Origin: Hypanus sabinus
Taxonomy: Eukaryota
DNA length: 64,000 nucleotides
Reading direction: 5' to 3'
Assembly: GCF_030144855.1 (NCBI RefSeq)
Contig: NC_082736.1
Coordinates: forward strand, 6,820,001 to 6,884,000
The notes beneath the pieces are model-generated. The model made no database searches, was not told the DNA's origin, and saw only the letters and a list, made by a program, of their open reading frames with translations. Each line of letters starts with the position of its first letter. Position 1 is the stretch's first letter. This document shows, piece by piece, positions 61,601-64,000 of this stretch. Position numbers and translations under genes: made by a program.

Positions 61601-62059
61601 CAGTGGTGATCCACAAGGATCGATATTGGGAATTATGTTGTTTCTGATATATATCGATGTCTGGATGAAAATGTTGATGGATGGTTTACAAGTTTTCAGG
61701 TGACAGCATGGTTGGTGGAATTGTGGACAGTGTAAACATTGATCAATGCACACAGATCACAAACAGATATGCAGAGAATTTGCAGAAGGAATTTAATCTG
61801 GGAGGGAATGCCGTATTGCACTTTGGGAGGTCAAATGAAAGAAAAAAGTATAATGTTAATGATTGACTCCTTCCCAGCATTGGTGTAAAGAGTGAACTTG
61901 GGATCCAGGCAGATAGTTCACTGAATGTGGCTACACAATGGGATAAGGTGTACAGAATGCTGGTCCCCAATGGTCAGGGTGTTGAGTATAAGAGTAAGGG
62001 AGTCATGTATTAAGACAGGCATACAAACGTACAGGAAAAGGACCATGTCCAGGTAGGCG

Positions 62060-62945
62060 TATTCAGCTCCTTCAAGTCAGTATTTATTTAGTTGATGCAC
62101 CACTGGCTGCAATTACAGCCTTGAGTCTATGTTTCTATCAGCTCTGCACACTTGGACACCGCAACTTTCCCCCATTCTTCCTTACAAAACTACTCAAGAT
62201 CAGTCGGAGTGCATGCAGTTTGTGAGTGAGCAGCCCTTTTCAAATCCAGCTACAAAGTTAGGTCTGGACTCTGACTTGGCCACTTCAGGACATTAACTTT
62301 CTTGTTTTAAGGCATTTCTATGCAGCTTTGGTTTTAAGCTCGTGGCCATTGATTTGCCAGAAAACAAATCTCCTCAGTCTCAGTTCTCTTGCAGACGGCG
62401 TTACATTTTCCTCCTGGATTTCCCTGTATTTTGCTGCATTCATTTTACACTCTACCTTCATGAGCCTTTCAGGGCCTGCTGCAGTGAAGCAAACCCACAG
62501 CACAATGCAGCCTCCACCATGCTCCATGACAGGGACGGAGTGTTTTTGATGATGTGCAGTGTTTGGCTTATACCAAACTTAACAGTTTAGTCTGTTTCCA
62601 AAAGTTCTGTTTTAGTTTCAGACCATAGAAACTTCTTCCAGCTGACTTCAGAGTCCCTCTCATCCTCTGACAAACTCCAGGTGAGATTTCATGACAGCTT
62701 TTTTCAACAGTGGCTTTCTCTTTGCCACTCTCTGATAAACTGTGACAGGTGAAGCACCTGGGAAACAGTTGATGTATGCATAATCTCTCCCATTTTAGCA
62801 ACTGAAGCTTGTAACTCCTTGAGAGTTATCAAAGGTGTTTTGTTAGCCTTTCTCTCTGGTTCTCTTCTTGGATGGCTGCTCAGTATTTGAACACTGCCTG
62901 CTTGAGGTAGGTTTTCAGCTGTGCCATGTTCTTTCCACTTCTGTA
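62060..62945 (-). mobile_element. Tc1 transposase relic (paralog of 22745-23643)
   Basis: EHGGGCIVLWVCFTAAGP.RL.KVE.KMNAAKYREI.EEN. Confidence 0.82.
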
Positions 62946-62949
62946 AGGA

Positions 62950-64000
62950 TATATATCTAGAAGATTATAAGTCTACTAGGAAGGAGCCAGAAGGGGCCAT
63001 GAGAAGGCCTTGGCAGGCAGGAGTAAGGAAAACCCAAGGCATTCTACAAGTATGTGAAGAGCAAGAGGATAAGAAATGACAGAATAGGACCTATCAAGTG
63101 TGACAGTGGGAAAGTGCGTATGGAAACGGAGGAAATAGCAGAGGTACCTGATGAATACTTTACTTCAGTATTCACTATGGAAAAGGATCTTAGTGATTGT
63201 CCTGATGACTTGCAGCAGACTGAAAAGCTTGAGCATGTTGATATTAAGAAAGAGGATGTGCTGGATATTTTGGAAAGCAACCAGCTGGATAAGTTGCCGG
63301 GACTGGACAAAATGTACCCCAGGCTACATGGAGTAGGCAAGGGAGGAGATTGCTGAACCTCTGGCGATGATCTTTGCACCATCAATGGGGACGGGAGAGG
63401 TTTCGGAGGATTGGAGGGTTGTGGATGTTGTTCCTTTATTCAAGAAAGGGAGTAGAGATAGCCCAAGAAATTACAGACTAGTGAGTCTTACCTCAGTAGT
63501 TGGTAAGTTGATGGAGAAGATCCTGAGAGACGGGATTTATCAACTTTTGGAGAGGTATAATAGGATTAGGAGTAGTCAGTATGACTTTGTCAAGGGCAGC
63601 ACGTGCCTTATGAGCCTGATTTAAATTTTGAGGATGTGACTAAGCGCATTGATGAAGGAAGAGCACTCGATGTAGTGTATCTAGATTTCAGCAAGGCACT
63701 TGGTAAGGCGCCCTATGCAAGGCTTACTGAGAAAGTAATGAGGCATGGGATCCAAGGGGACATTGCTTTGTGGATCCAGAACTGGCTTGCCCACAGAAGG
63801 CAAAGAGTGGTTGTAGCTGGGTCACATTCTGCTTGGAGGTCGGTCACTAGTTCTGGGACCCTTCACGATTTTTATCAACGACCTGGATGAGGAAGTGGAG
63901 GGATGGGTTAGTAGGTTTGCTGATGACACAAAGGTTGGAGGAGTAGTGGACAGTGTGGACGGCTGTCAGAGGTTACAGCAGGACATTGATAGGATGCAAA
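62950..64000 (+). mobile_element. CR1 LINE ORF2 remnant (paralog of 23645-24700)
   Basis: GEV.EDWRV.DVVPLFKKGSRD.P.NYR.VSLTS, DVVYLDFSKA, RFADDTKVGG. Confidence 0.9.

Overview
Eukaryotic, vertebrate DNA; the repeat content (CR1, Rex1, Penelope-like, Tx1, Nimb, Tc1, Gypsy) suggests a cartilaginous fish such as a ray, which is an inference. It is a transposon-saturated replication-dependent histone and tRNA locus. There are five intact, intronless, stem-loop-terminated histone genes, all on the minus strand: H2B and H4 near 12.8-19.4 kb, and H2A, H2B and H4 near 51.7-58.6 kb. They lie in two copies of a block of at least 12 kb, about 39-40 kb apart. In the left copy H2A survives only as a decayed promoter and start remnant abutting a Tx1 LINE. 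Between the blocks are tRNA-Asn(GTT), tRNA-Gly(TCC), a young but internally deleted Gypsy provirus with a -1 frameshift signal, two copies of a CpG-rich promoter/first-exon module, and Penelope-like elements with minimal hammerhead motifs. The first 6 kb is a nest of LTR elements inside a 46-bp satellite, upstream of a decayed C2H2 zinc-finger exon. The most unusual observation is a degenerate Gypsy element (1-2337) whose RNase H/integrase region appears to be replaced in frame by intronless fragments of a myosin heavy-chain rod (MYH16-like), i.e. apparent host-mRNA capture. No H3 or H1 gene is seen. Protein similarities are from recall and visual alignment, not from searches.
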